This document shows positions 15,666-24,284 of a stretch of DNA of 60,193 bases, in pieces. The notes under the pieces are model-generated. The model saw nothing but the letters and a program-made list of their open reading frames with translations, was not told the DNA's origin and did not search any database. Source of the DNA: Candidatus Limnocylindrales bacterium (GTDB lineage: Bacteria; Chloroflexota; Limnocylindria; Limnocylindrales; CSP1-4); assembly GCA_035693145.1 (NCBI GenBank), contig DASSHA010000037.1, positions 1-60,193 on the forward strand, given 5' to 3'. A program made the position numbers and the translations under genes. Each line of letters starts with the position of its first letter. The stretch's first letter is position 1.

Positions 15666-17386
15666 GGCCTTCGGTTGCCGGCGAATTCCCGTCTGACCTA
15701 CAGATCGCGCGTTCGGTCGTGGCTCGTCCGATCCTCGATCTGGCCCGCGAGCTCGGACTGCGGGATGACGAGGTCGAGCTCTACGGCCCGCTCAAGGCGA
15801 AGGTCCGGCTCGAGGCGATCGGGCGGCTCGAGGCGCAGCGACCGCGCGGCAAATACGTCGTCGTGACGGCGATGACGCCCACGCCGCTCGGCGAGGGCAA
15901 GACGACGACGACCGTCGGTCTCGCCGAGGGTCTGCGGCGGATCGGGCGACGGGCCGCGGTCGCGATCCGGCAGCCATCGCTCGGGCCCGTCTTCGGGATC
16001 AAGGGCGGCGCGGCCGGTGGCGGCTACAGCCAGGTCATTCCGATGGAGGACTTCAATCTCCACCTGACGGGCGACGTCCACGCGATCGGCGCCGCCCACA
16101 ACCTGGCCGCCGCGTTCATCGACAACCACCTCCACCACGGCAACTCGCTCGGGATCGATCCGGCCTCGATCGGCTGGCCGCGCGTCGTCGACATCAGCGA
16201 TCGGTCGGTTCGGCGCACGGTCATCGGGCTCGGCGGCCGCGAGAACGGACCGCCGCGCGAGGCCGAATGGCAGATCACGGTCGCGTCGGAGGTCATGGCC
16301 GCGCTCGCGCTGGCCGCGTCCCTGCAGGACCTGCGGGCGCGGATCGGCCGAATGGTCCTCGCCTGGAGCGTCGACGGGCGACCGATCAGCGCCGAGGACC
16401 TGTGGGTCGCGGGGGCGATGACGGTGCTCCTGCGCGACGCCATCAAGCCGAACCTGCTCCAGACGCTCGAAGGCGGTCCGGCGTTCGTCCACGCCGGCCC
16501 CTTCGCGAACATCGCCCACGGCAACAACTCGGTCCTCGCCGACCGGCTCGCGCTCGTGACGAACGAGATCGTCTGCACCGAAGCCGGCTTCGGGGCCGAT
16601 ATGGGCGCCGAGAAGTTCTTCGACATCAAGTGCCGGCAATCGGGGTTGCGACCGGACGCGGCGGTCGTCGTGGCCACGATCCGGGCACTCAAGATGCACG
16701 GCGGCGTCGGTCGAATCGTCGCCGGCCGGCCGCTCGATCCGGCGCTGACGAGCGAAAACGTCCCCGCGGTTCGCGTCGGCGCGGCGAACCTGGCGAAGCA
16801 CATCGAGATCGTCCGGCTGTTCGGCGTCCCGGCGGTCGTCGCGATCAATGCCTTCCCGACCGACACGGACGCGGAGATCGAGGCCGTCCGGGTCGCGGCG
16901 CTCGAGGCCGGCGCGCGCGATGCGGTCGTCTCACGCCACTTCGTCGACGGCGGCGCGGGCGCCGCATCGCTCGCGGAGGCGGTCTGGGACGCGGCCGCGG
17001 AGGGGGCACCCGACTTCGAGCTTCTCTATCCCGACGAGCTGTCGCTGGTCGAGAAGATCGAGGCGATCGCGTTGCGGGTCTACGGCGCGGTCGGCGTCGA
17101 CGTCCTTCCGGCCGCATCGAAGGCGCTCGCCCGGTTCGAGGCCGCGGGGTTCGGGAGCCTCCAGGTGTGCATGGCGAAGACGCAGTACTCGATCAGCCAC
17201 GACCCGTCCCTGCTGGGGCGGCCGTCCGGGTTTCGTGTGCCCGTGCGCGACGTCCGCCTGTCCGCGGGTGCGGGCTTCGTGACGCCGCTGCTCGGCGAGA
17301 TGCGGACGATGCCGGGCCTGCCATCGGTGCCGGGCGGCGAGGGCATCGACATCGACGCCGACGGCAACGTCGTCGGCCTGTTCTGA
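15656..17386 (+). CDS. fhs: formate--tetrahydrofolate ligase
   Basis: 576 aa. Motifs: PSDLQIARS, TPTPLGEGKTTTTVGL and EAGFGADMGAEKFFDIKCR. Confidence 0.95.
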   Translation: MTARPSVAGEFPSDLQIARSVVARPILDLARELGLRDDEVELYGPLKAKVRLEAIGRLEAQRPRGKYVVVTAMTPTPLGEGKTTTTVGLAEGLRRIGRRAAVAIRQPSLGPVFGIKGGAAGGGYSQVIPMEDFNLHLTGDVHAIGAAHNLAAAFIDNHLHHGNSLGIDPASIGWPRVVDISDRSVRRTVIGLGGRENGPPREAEWQITVASEVMAALALAASLQDLRARIGRMVLAWSVDGRPISAEDLWVAGAMTVLLRDAIKPNLLQTLEGGPAFVHAGPFANIAHGNNSVLADRLALVTNEIVCTEAGFGADMGAEKFFDIKCRQSGLRPDAAVVVATIRALKMHGGVGRIVAGRPLDPALTSENVPAVRVGAANLAKHIEIVRLFGVPAVVAINAFPTDTDAEIEAVRVAALEAGARDAVVSRHFVDGGAGAASLAEAVWDAAAEGAPDFELLYPDELSLVEKIEAIALRVYGAVGVDVLPAASKALARFEAAGFGSLQVCMAKTQYSISHDPSLLGRPSGFRVPVRDVRLSAGAGFVTPLLGEMRTMPGLPSVPGGEGIDIDADGNVVGLF

Positions 17387-17480
17387 CCGGCGCGCTGCGG
17401 AAATCCCAGGCACGCCGCGTCGGCCAGTCGATACCGCCCAGCGATGAGTTCCGGCACAGCGGCGCCGTCCGATGCCTCGC

Positions 17481-17506
17481 CGGCATCAAAGCCACCGGTT
17501 TGGTGC
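17481..17506 (+). terminator. possible fhs terminator hairpin (imperfect 11-bp stem, tri-loop)
   Basis: GGCATCAAAGCC-ACC-GGTTTGGTGCC, with one bulge and one G-U pair, about 95 nt after the fhs stop. Confidence 0.3.
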
Positions 17507-17562
17507 CGACTCCTGTCGATTCGATGCTTACAAGTGTCGACCAGGCCGCCAGTCGCCCAAAT

Positions 17563-17581
17563 CGATACCGACCAGGTATCG
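17563..17581 (-). terminator. hairpin CGATACC-5 nt-GGTATCG 17 nt after the stop of the 17598..17888 gene
   Basis: 7-bp stem. On the minus strand it is followed by ATTTGGG. Confidence 0.4.
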
Positions 17582-17597
17582 GGCGCCCGGGGTCGGG

Positions 17598-17888
17598 CTA
17601 CCCGATGCCCGAAGTAGCGAATACGAAGCAGATGGCGACGGCGAGGCCGAGCAGGACGCCGACGAGGCCGGCGGCCCAGGCGGTGGTGTCGATCGGACCG
17701 AGGGGCTGTGCCTCGTGGGCCTCGTGGTCGTTCACCGGGTGAGCCGCAGAGCCGTCGGCAGGGTCGGCCGGCGGCCGGCCCGCCTGCGGGTCGGCGACCG
17801 GCGCGTGCGGGTCCCGGCCGGCTTCGGGCGCCGCGTCGGCGTCGTGGGCGATCGCCCGAGCGGCCGGGTCGCCTCGTTGTTCGCTCAC
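17598..17888 (-). CDS. small hypothetical protein with a C-terminal transmembrane anchor (96 aa)
   Basis: GAAGGAG lies 6 nt upstream of GTG 17888, in frame with track ORF 17598..18542. It has an acidic/His-Pro-rich N-terminal part and then AWAAGLVGVLLGLAVAICFVFA. No family recognised. Confidence 0.5.
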   Translation of the reverse strand: MSEQRGDPAARAIAHDADAAPEAGRDPHAPVADPQAGRPPADPADGSAAHPVNDHEAHEAQPLGPIDTTAWAAGLVGVLLGLAVAICFVFATSGIG

Positions 17889-17957
17889 GCTCGGGCTCCT
17901 TCGTTCCGGGGTTGTCCGTCTCGGCGTCCGATTCTCGCACCGTCCTAGACTCGCTGC

Positions 17958-18626
17958 GTGCTCACTCTCGTCCTGACCCGGCACGGGCTCACGCCGCGTT
18001 CGAAGCCCGAACAGCACCTGGGGCAGACGATCGACGTGCCGCTCTCGGACGAGGGGCGCGAGCAGGCGACCCGGCTCGCCGAGCGGCTCGACTGCGTCGC
18101 GTTCGAGGAGATCTTCTCGAGCCCGCTCGCCCGTGCGCGCGAAACCGCGGCGATCGTCGCCGGCGAACGGCCCGTCCGCGTGGACCCGAGGCTGCTCGAG
18201 ATGGACTACGGCGAATGGGAGGGCCTGACGTACGGTCAGATCGAGGAGCGCGACGAGGTTCGAAGGCGGGCCTGGGAGCGAGACCCGGCGGTCCTTCGAT
18301 GTCCCGGTGGCGAATCCGGCAACGACGTCGCGGCGCGCGCGGGCGCCTTCCTGGTCCAGCTGCTCGAGGAGCACGTCGCCGCCCATGGTCCGCGCGACAC
18401 CGCCGAGCGGCCCGTCCTCGCGGTCGCCCACAGCAGCGTGAACCGGATCCTCGCCTGCGTCGCGCTCGGGCTCCCGATCCGCGAGTTCCGCGAACGGTTC
18501 ACGCAGGACCAGGTGAACGTCACGGTCCTCCGGTTCGAGCACGGCGACGGTCCGTCAGACGCGCGGCTCCTGCTCCTCAACGACGTCGAGCACGTGCGCG
18601 GCCCGGGCGTCGCGCCGTGGGAGTGA
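17958..18626 (+). CDS. histidine phosphatase family protein (phosphoglycerate mutase-like)
   Basis: LVLTRHGLT (RHG catalytic motif), SSPLARARETA and AVAHSSVNR. Confidence 0.85.
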   Translation: MLTLVLTRHGLTPRSKPEQHLGQTIDVPLSDEGREQATRLAERLDCVAFEEIFSSPLARARETAAIVAGERPVRVDPRLLEMDYGEWEGLTYGQIEERDEVRRRAWERDPAVLRCPGGESGNDVAARAGAFLVQLLEEHVAAHGPRDTAERPVLAVAHSSVNRILACVALGLPIREFRERFTQDQVNVTVLRFEHGDGPSDARLLLLNDVEHVRGPGVAPWE

Positions 18627-18658
18627 CGGCGTCGCGCCGTGGGAGTGACGGCGTCGCG
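18606..18658 (+). repeat. 22-bp tandem duplication (2.4 copies of GGCGTCGCGCCGTGGGAGTGAC) covering the phosphatase stop codon
   Basis: Units lie at 18606-18627 and 18628-18649, with a partial copy at 18650-18658. The first copy contains the last six codons plus the TGA. Confidence 0.9.
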
Positions 18659-18678
18659 TCACGCCCCTCGCCGCTGCG

Positions 18679-19356
18679 TCAGGCCGTCCGGCGCCGGCCC
18701 GGCATCCCGAGGCGCCACCAGATGAAGAGGATCACGAGCGCGACGACGCCCGCGGCGATCGCCAGGTCGAACGGCTGGAGGGAATGCCGGATCTCCTCCC
18801 AGCGCGACCCCAGCTGTGTGCCGGCCCAGACGAGCAGGATCGACCATGGGACGGCGCCGGCGGTCGAGTAGGCGATGAACTTCCCGAGCGGCATGCGGGC
18901 GACGCCGGCGGGGAAGCTGATGAAGGTTCGGACGACCGGCAGCAGCCGGCTGAAGAACGCTGTCGGGGCGCCCCAGCGCTCGAAGAAGCGCTCGGCGAGC
19001 TCGAGCTCGTGCGGCCGGATGAGCAGGTAGCGGCCCCAGCGCTCGAGGAATGGGCGACCGCCCCACGCGCCGATCGCGTAGGCGACGAGCGAGCCGACGG
19101 TGTTCCCGATCGTCGCGGCGAGCACCACGAGCCAGAAGCTCCATGGTCCGTGCGTCAGCGGCTCGATCTGCCCGGGATCCGACACGAGGAACCCGGCGAA
19201 CGGGAGGACGAGCTCCGAGGGGAGCGGGATCATCGCCGATTCGATCGCCATCGCGAGCGCGACGCCGACGTAGCCGACGGCCGCGTACAGCGAGCCGAGG
19301 AACGGGATGACGATCTGGTCGATGAACGCGAGCACGGGCACCTCAGGGCCGAACAC
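18679..19356 (-). CDS. DedA family membrane protein
   Basis: 225 aa. IESAMIPLPSELVLPFAGFLV and RLLPVVRTFISFPAGVARMP are typical DedA/SNARE-associated motifs. Confidence 0.85.
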   Translation of the reverse strand: MFGPEVPVLAFIDQIVIPFLGSLYAAVGYVGVALAMAIESAMIPLPSELVLPFAGFLVSDPGQIEPLTHGPWSFWLVVLAATIGNTVGSLVAYAIGAWGGRPFLERWGRYLLIRPHELELAERFFERWGAPTAFFSRLLPVVRTFISFPAGVARMPLGKFIAYSTAGAVPWSILLVWAGTQLGSRWEEIRHSLQPFDLAIAAGVVALVILFIWWRLGMPGRRRTA

Positions 19357-19387
19357 GCCGGGTCGGGCGGGCGGGAGGATAGCCGAC

Positions 19388-19393
19388 TATCCT
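19388..19393 (+). promoter_or_regulatory. -10-like TATCCT 6 nt upstream of the hutH GTG (leaderless-style)
   Basis: Seen directly. It supports GTG 19400 as the start rather than track start 19307, which would overlap dedA. Confidence 0.4.
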
Positions 19394-19399
19394 CGGCGC

Positions 19400-21058
19400 G
19401 TGACCGGCCCGAACGTCCCGTCACGGCCGTCGCCGGCCGTCATCCTCACCGGCGCGGACCTGACGATCGAGGACGTCGAGGCGGTCGCGCACCATGGCGC
19501 GGACGCCGTGCTGGATCCGACGGCGCGCGAACGGATGAACGAGGCGCTCGCCGTCATCACGCGGCTCGTCGACGACGGCGAGGTCGTCTACGGCGTCACG
19601 ACGGGCTTCGGTGACCTCGCGTCGACGTTCGTCCCGCCAGCCCAGGCCGCGCTCCTCCAGGAGCGGCTGCTCATCAGCCACGCGGCCGGGGTCGGGGCCA
19701 TGTTCCCGCGTGACGTCGTACGGGCGATGCTCCTGCTCCGCGCGAACACGCTCGCGCTGGGCCATTCGGGCTGCCGTCCCGAGCTCGTCGACCGGCTGTG
19801 CGCGTTCCTCCGGCTCGACCTCCACCCGGTCGTGCCCGAACAGGGGAGCGTTGGCGCTTCGGGCGACCTCGCGCCGCTCGCTCACCTCGCGCTGCCACTC
19901 ATCGGACGCGGACAGGTGGAGCTCCACGGCCACGTCGTACCGGCGCTCGTCGCGCTCCGCGAGACCGGGCTCGAGCCGCTCACGCTCGCGCCGAAGGAAG
20001 GGCTCGCGCTGCTCAACGGGACGCAGCTCATGTCGGCGCTGGGTGCGCTCCTGCTCGCCGACGCGGATCGGCTCGTCCGGGCGGCGTCGGTCGTGGCGGC
20101 GATGTCGGTCGAGGCGCTGCTCGGCACCGAGGTCGCCTTCTCCGCGGCGTACCAGCTCGCCCGGCCGCATCCCGGACAGATCGAGGTTGCTGCCGAGCTC
20201 CGGCACGTGCTTCGTGGCTCGGACGTCCAGTCGGGGCATCACGGTTCGGCGCACAAGGTCCAGGATCCCTACTCGCTGCGGTGCATCCCACAGGTTCACG
20301 GCGCCGTGCGCGACGCACTCGGTCACCTCCGTCGCGTGCTCGATGTCGAGCTGAACAGTGCGACCGACAACCCGCTCGTGTTCCCGTCAGGCGGCGGCCC
20401 GGACGCGCTGGCGACGGGCGGCGGCCGCGTGATCAGCGGCGGCAACTTCCACGGCGAGCCGGTCGCGCTCGCCCTCGACTTCGCGAAGCTTGCGCTCGCG
20501 GAGCTCGGCTCGATCAGCGAACGTCGAACGGCGCTCCTCCTCGACGCTCGCCTCAACGGCGGGCTTCCGGCCTTCCTCTCCCCGGATCCCGGCACGAACT
20601 CGGGGCTCATGCTGACGCAGTACACGGCGGCGGCGCTCGTGTCCGAGAACAAGGTCCTCGTCCACCCGGCGTCCGCGGATTCGATCCCGACGTCGGCGAA
20701 CCAGGAGGACCACGTGTCGATGGGGCCGATCGCCGGGCGGCATGCGCGAACCGTGCTCGCCCATGTCGAGCGGATCCTCGCGATCGAGCTGGTCTGCGCG
20801 GCGCAGGCGCTCGACCTCCGCCTCGACGCGCTCGCGGGAGCCGCGGCTCGCAGGCCGAACGCGGGCGCCGGCGTCATGGCCGCCCTCGACCTCACCCGAT
20901 CCCGAGTTGCACGCCTCGGCGACGACCGGGAACCCGCGCCCGATCTGGCCGCGGCGACCGAGCTCGTCCGCTCGGGCGCGCTCGCCGATCTGGTCGGGCC
21001 ATCGGCGGCTTCGGAGGTGGCGGCCGGCGGCTTCGCGGACGAGGTCGGGCGTGCCTGA
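19400..21058 (+). CDS. hutH: histidine ammonia-lyase
   Basis: GSVGASGDLAPLAHL (the MIO-forming ASG), YGVTTGFGDL and SANQEDHVSMG. Confidence 0.93.
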   Translation: MTGPNVPSRPSPAVILTGADLTIEDVEAVAHHGADAVLDPTARERMNEALAVITRLVDDGEVVYGVTTGFGDLASTFVPPAQAALLQERLLISHAAGVGAMFPRDVVRAMLLLRANTLALGHSGCRPELVDRLCAFLRLDLHPVVPEQGSVGASGDLAPLAHLALPLIGRGQVELHGHVVPALVALRETGLEPLTLAPKEGLALLNGTQLMSALGALLLADADRLVRAASVVAAMSVEALLGTEVAFSAAYQLARPHPGQIEVAAELRHVLRGSDVQSGHHGSAHKVQDPYSLRCIPQVHGAVRDALGHLRRVLDVELNSATDNPLVFPSGGGPDALATGGGRVISGGNFHGEPVALALDFAKLALAELGSISERRTALLLDARLNGGLPAFLSPDPGTNSGLMLTQYTAAALVSENKVLVHPASADSIPTSANQEDHVSMGPIAGRHARTVLAHVERILAIELVCAAQALDLRLDALAGAAARRPNAGAGVMAALDLTRSRVARLGDDREPAPDLAAATELVRSGALADLVGPSAASEVAAGGFADEVGRA

Positions 21059-21827
21059 CGTTCGGATCGTGGATGTCCTCGACCTCGAGTCGTTCGCGCT
21101 GCTGCCGCCGTGCGCCGATCCCGCATTCGACCATCGCTCGTGCGACTACTGGGAGGACGCCTCACGCGGTTCGAAGGCGGCACGACCGAGCTGGTTCGAC
21201 CCGCCGGCGCCTGCCGACCCGGCCGGTCCGCCGGCCCCGGCGCCCAACCACAATCCGTTCGCGCCCCCGCGCGCCGCCGCCCCGGCGCCGAATCCGTTCA
21301 CACCCGGCGGCGACGACCGCGCTGACAATCCGTTCGCCCGGTCGGGTGACGACCGCCCGAACCCCTTCCTCGTCCGCGGCGACGCCGCCCCTGCTCCGGC
21401 CGCCGACGCACCGCCCAAGCTGCGCCTGCTGACTCGCGGCGCCCGGGTCTTCGGCTCGTACGCGAAGGTCATGCTCGTCGACGGAACGCCGGTCGCGTAT
21501 TCGCAGTACGGACCGCTGACCGCCTATCCACGCGCGCAGCGGCTGCGCGACCTCTACCCGGAGCTGCCGCAGTCGCCGCCGCCTGCCGTCATCACGTGCA
21601 TCGCGACGACGGCCGCCGGACGCGACCAGGGATGGGCGGCTCGACTGGTGGCCGGTGTCTGCAGCGACCTCGCCGAGCGCGGGTTCGTCGCGGTCGAGGC
21701 ATACCCCGAGGTTGGCGCGCCGGAGAACGCGACGAGCGCGGCGACACCGGCGTTCTGGATCGCGGCCGGCTTCGCGGTCGCGGCCGACGACCCTCGCTTC
21801 CCGGTCATGCGGCGCGAGCTCGCGTGA
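21051..21827 (+). CDS. GNAT-like protein with an internal Pro/Ala-rich insert carrying four NPF repeats
   Basis: GTG 21051 overlaps the hutH stop by 8 nt. The N-terminal part is CADPAFDHRSCDYWED. The insert contains HNPF, PNPF, DNPF and PNPF. The C-terminal part, RDQGWAARLVAGVCSDLAERGF, resembles GNAT motif A. Family call is tentative. Confidence 0.55.
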   Translation: MPDVRIVDVLDLESFALLPPCADPAFDHRSCDYWEDASRGSKAARPSWFDPPAPADPAGPPAPAPNHNPFAPPRAAAPAPNPFTPGGDDRADNPFARSGDDRPNPFLVRGDAAPAPAADAPPKLRLLTRGARVFGSYAKVMLVDGTPVAYSQYGPLTAYPRAQRLRDLYPELPQSPPPAVITCIATTAAGRDQGWAARLVAGVCSDLAERGFVAVEAYPEVGAPENATSAATPAFWIAAGFAVAADDPRFPVMRRELA

Positions 21828-22507
21828 GGCGACGTCCCCGGGCGTTCGCAGTCGTCGCGATCGCCCTGGCCAGCGTGATGGCTGCTCTCGTCGCCGGTTG
21901 TGCGTCGACCGCGAGCCCGACGCTGCTGTCGACCGCGCCGTCGGGCCTCCCGTCAGTTCGGCCGTCGCCCGCGCCCGCAACGGCGGAGGCGTCCGCGCCG
22001 GTGTCGCCAGGCGTCGCGGTTTCGGCGCCCGCGTCTGCCTCCGCGGCAACGACGTCCCCCGTCCTCCCGATCGACCCGGCGCTGGTCCAGCTGCTGCCGG
22101 CGACGATGGGACCGCTCGATCGCCAGACCGACCCCGACGTCGATGCCCAGGCATTCGCCGATCCGGCGCTCGCGCGGATCGCGACGGCCGGCGCGACCGC
22201 CCTGTATGCCGACGCGGCGACGGGCGACTTCGCGTTCGCCACGGTCCTCCGGCTGCGCGACGCGGGGATCGACGAGGCGACGTTCCGCGACTATCGCGAC
22301 TCGTTCGACGACGGCGCCTGCTCGCAGGCGGGCGGTGTGAACGGTCACGCGCAGGCGGACATCGCGGGCCGGACGACGTACATCGGGTCGTGTGCCGGCG
22401 GTCTGTTCACGTACCACACGGTCCTGGCCTCGTCGCATGCGCTCCTGTCGATCTCGTCGGCCGGAGCGAAGCGCCTTGGCGAGCAGCTGGCGGCAGCGGT
22501 GCGCTGA
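21824..22507 (+). CDS. lipoprotein of unknown function
   Basis: GTG 21824 overlaps the previous stop (GTGA). The signal peptide plus lipobox is AIALASVMAALVAGC. An Ala/Ser/Pro linker is followed by a globular domain of about 150 aa with two Cys. Confidence 0.6.
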   Translation: MRRRPRAFAVVAIALASVMAALVAGCASTASPTLLSTAPSGLPSVRPSPAPATAEASAPVSPGVAVSAPASASAATTSPVLPIDPALVQLLPATMGPLDRQTDPDVDAQAFADPALARIATAGATALYADAATGDFAFATVLRLRDAGIDEATFRDYRDSFDDGACSQAGGVNGHAQADIAGRTTYIGSCAGGLFTYHTVLASSHALLSISSAGAKRLGEQLAAAVR

Positions 22508-22584
22508 CGGCGTTGCTGTGACGAGCCGTACGCCGCCGCCGCGTGAGGATCGAGGGGGGTTCGGCCGCGCCCGACGGCTGAGAC

Positions 22585-22590
22585 TACGAT
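22585..22590 (+). promoter_or_regulatory. -10-like TACGAT 7 nt upstream of the hutU ATG (leaderless-style)
   Basis: Seen directly. Confidence 0.35.
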
Positions 22591-22597
22591 CGCGCTG

Positions 22598-24274
22598 ATG
22601 GCTCAGCCCCTTCCCGGCGCCCGTCCTGTTCGTGCCCCGCGCGGCACGACGCTCAGCACGCGGGGGTGGCCGCAGGAGGCCGCCCTCCGGATGCTCATGA
22701 ACAACCTCGACCCGGAGGTCGCCGAGAACCCCGACGCGCTCGTCGTCTACGGCGGGACCGGTCGGGCGGCGCGGAGCTGGGCGGCGTTCGACGCGATCGT
22801 CCGCGAGCTGCGCCGGCTCGGCGACGACGAAACGCTCCTCGTCCAGTCGGGCAAGCCGGTCGCGGTGTTCCGGACCAACGAATGGGCGCCGCGTGTGCTC
22901 ATCGCCAATTCGAACCTCGTCGGCCGCTGGGCGACGTGGGAGCACTTCCGCGAGCTCGAGCGCGAAGGGCTGATGATGTACGGCCAGATGACCGCAGGCT
23001 CCTGGATCTACATCGGCACGCAGGGGATCCTCCAGGGGACGTACGAGACGTTCGCCGAGCTCGCCCGCCAGCACTTCGGCGGGACGCTGCGCGGCCGCGT
23101 GACGCTGACCGCGGGCCTCGGCGGAATGGGCGGCGCGCAGCCGCTGGCGGTCACGATGAACGAGGGCGTCGCGCTCGTCATCGAGGTCGACCCGGCGCGC
23201 GCCCGACGCCGGCAGGAGATCGGCTACGTCGACGAGCTCACGCACGATCCGGCCGAGGCGCTCCGCGCGGCCCGACAGGCGGCTGCCGCCGGCCAGGCCC
23301 GCTCGATCGCGTTGGTCGGCAACGCGGCCGAGATCGAGCCCGGCTGGGCCAATGCCGGTGAGCGGTTCGACGTCGTCACCGACCAGACGTCTGCCCACGA
23401 TCCGCTCGATGGGTATGTCCCGGCCGAGATCTCGCTCGACGACGCCCTCGCCCTCCGGCATACCCAGCCCGAGGTCTACGTCCGCCGCTCGGTGGCCTCG
23501 ATGGCCGAGCATGTTCGAGCGATCCTCTCGTTCCAGGCGAACGGCGCGGTCGCCTTCGACTACGGCAACAACCTGCGGGCCCAGGCGAAGGAGGCCGGTG
23601 TCGAGCACGCCTTCGACTACCCGGGCTTCGTGCCGGCCTTCATCCGGCCGCTCTTCTGCGAGGGCAAGGGACCGTTCCGCTGGGCGGCGTTGTCCGGCGA
23701 CCCGGACGACATCCGCCGCACGGACGAGGCGATCCTCGACCTGTTCCCGGACAACGCCGGCCTTCGCCGCTGGATCGAGATGGCGGAGGCGCGCGTCCCG
23801 TTCCAGGGTCTGCCGGCACGGATCTGCTGGCTCGGCTACGGCGAGCGCGCGAAGGCCGGCCTCCGCTTCAACGAGATGGTCGCCGCCGGCGAGCTTCGGG
23901 CGCCGATCGTCATCGGGCGCGATCACCTCGACGCGGGCTCGGTCGCATCACCGAACCGCGAGACGGAGGCGATGCGCGATGCGACCGACGCCGTCGCCGA
24001 CTGGCCGCTCCTCAACGCGCTCGTCAACACGGCCGCCGGGGCGACCTGGGTGAGCATCCACCACGGCGGCGGCGTCGGCATCGGCTACAGCCAGCATGCG
24101 GGCATGGTCGCCGTCGCCGACGGTTCGGATCTCGCCGGCCGAAAGCTCGAACGGGTGCTGACGACGGATCCCGGGATGGGCGTCGTCCGCCACGTCGACG
24201 CCGGCTACGAGCGGGCGATCGATGTCGCGCGAGAGCGTGGCATTCGGGTGCCGATGCTCGACTCCGCGCGCTGA
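22598..24274 (+). CDS. hutU: urocanate hydratase
   Basis: 558 aa. Motifs: [33 protein letters not shown] and [12 protein letters not shown]. Confidence 0.95.
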   Translation: MAQPLPGARPVRAPRGTTLSTRGWPQEAALRMLMNNLDPEVAENPDALVVYGGTGRAARSWAAFDAIVRELRRLGDDETLLVQSGKPVAVFRTNEWAPRVLIANSNLVGRWATWEHFRELEREGLMMYGQMTAGSWIYIGTQGILQGTYETFAELARQHFGGTLRGRVTLTAGLGGMGGAQPLAVTMNEGVALVIEVDPARARRRQEIGYVDELTHDPAEALRAARQAAAAGQARSIALVGNAAEIEPGWANAGERFDVVTDQTSAHDPLDGYVPAEISLDDALALRHTQPEVYVRRSVASMAEHVRAILSFQANGAVAFDYGNNLRAQAKEAGVEHAFDYPGFVPAFIRPLFCEGKGPFRWAALSGDPDDIRRTDEAILDLFPDNAGLRRWIEMAEARVPFQGLPARICWLGYGERAKAGLRFNEMVAAGELRAPIVIGRDHLDAGSVASPNRETEAMRDATDAVADWPLLNALVNTAAGATWVSIHHGGGVGIGYSQHAGMVAVADGSDLAGRKLERVLTTDPGMGVVRHVDAGYERAIDVARERGIRVPMLDSAR

Positions 24275-24284
24275 ATCCGAAGCC

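Noticed and set aside
21953-23926. 657-aa minus-strand ORF opposite hutU
   Set aside because: It is antisense to a textbook urocanate hydratase, with Arg/Asp/Glu/Pro-rich composition and no recognisable domain.
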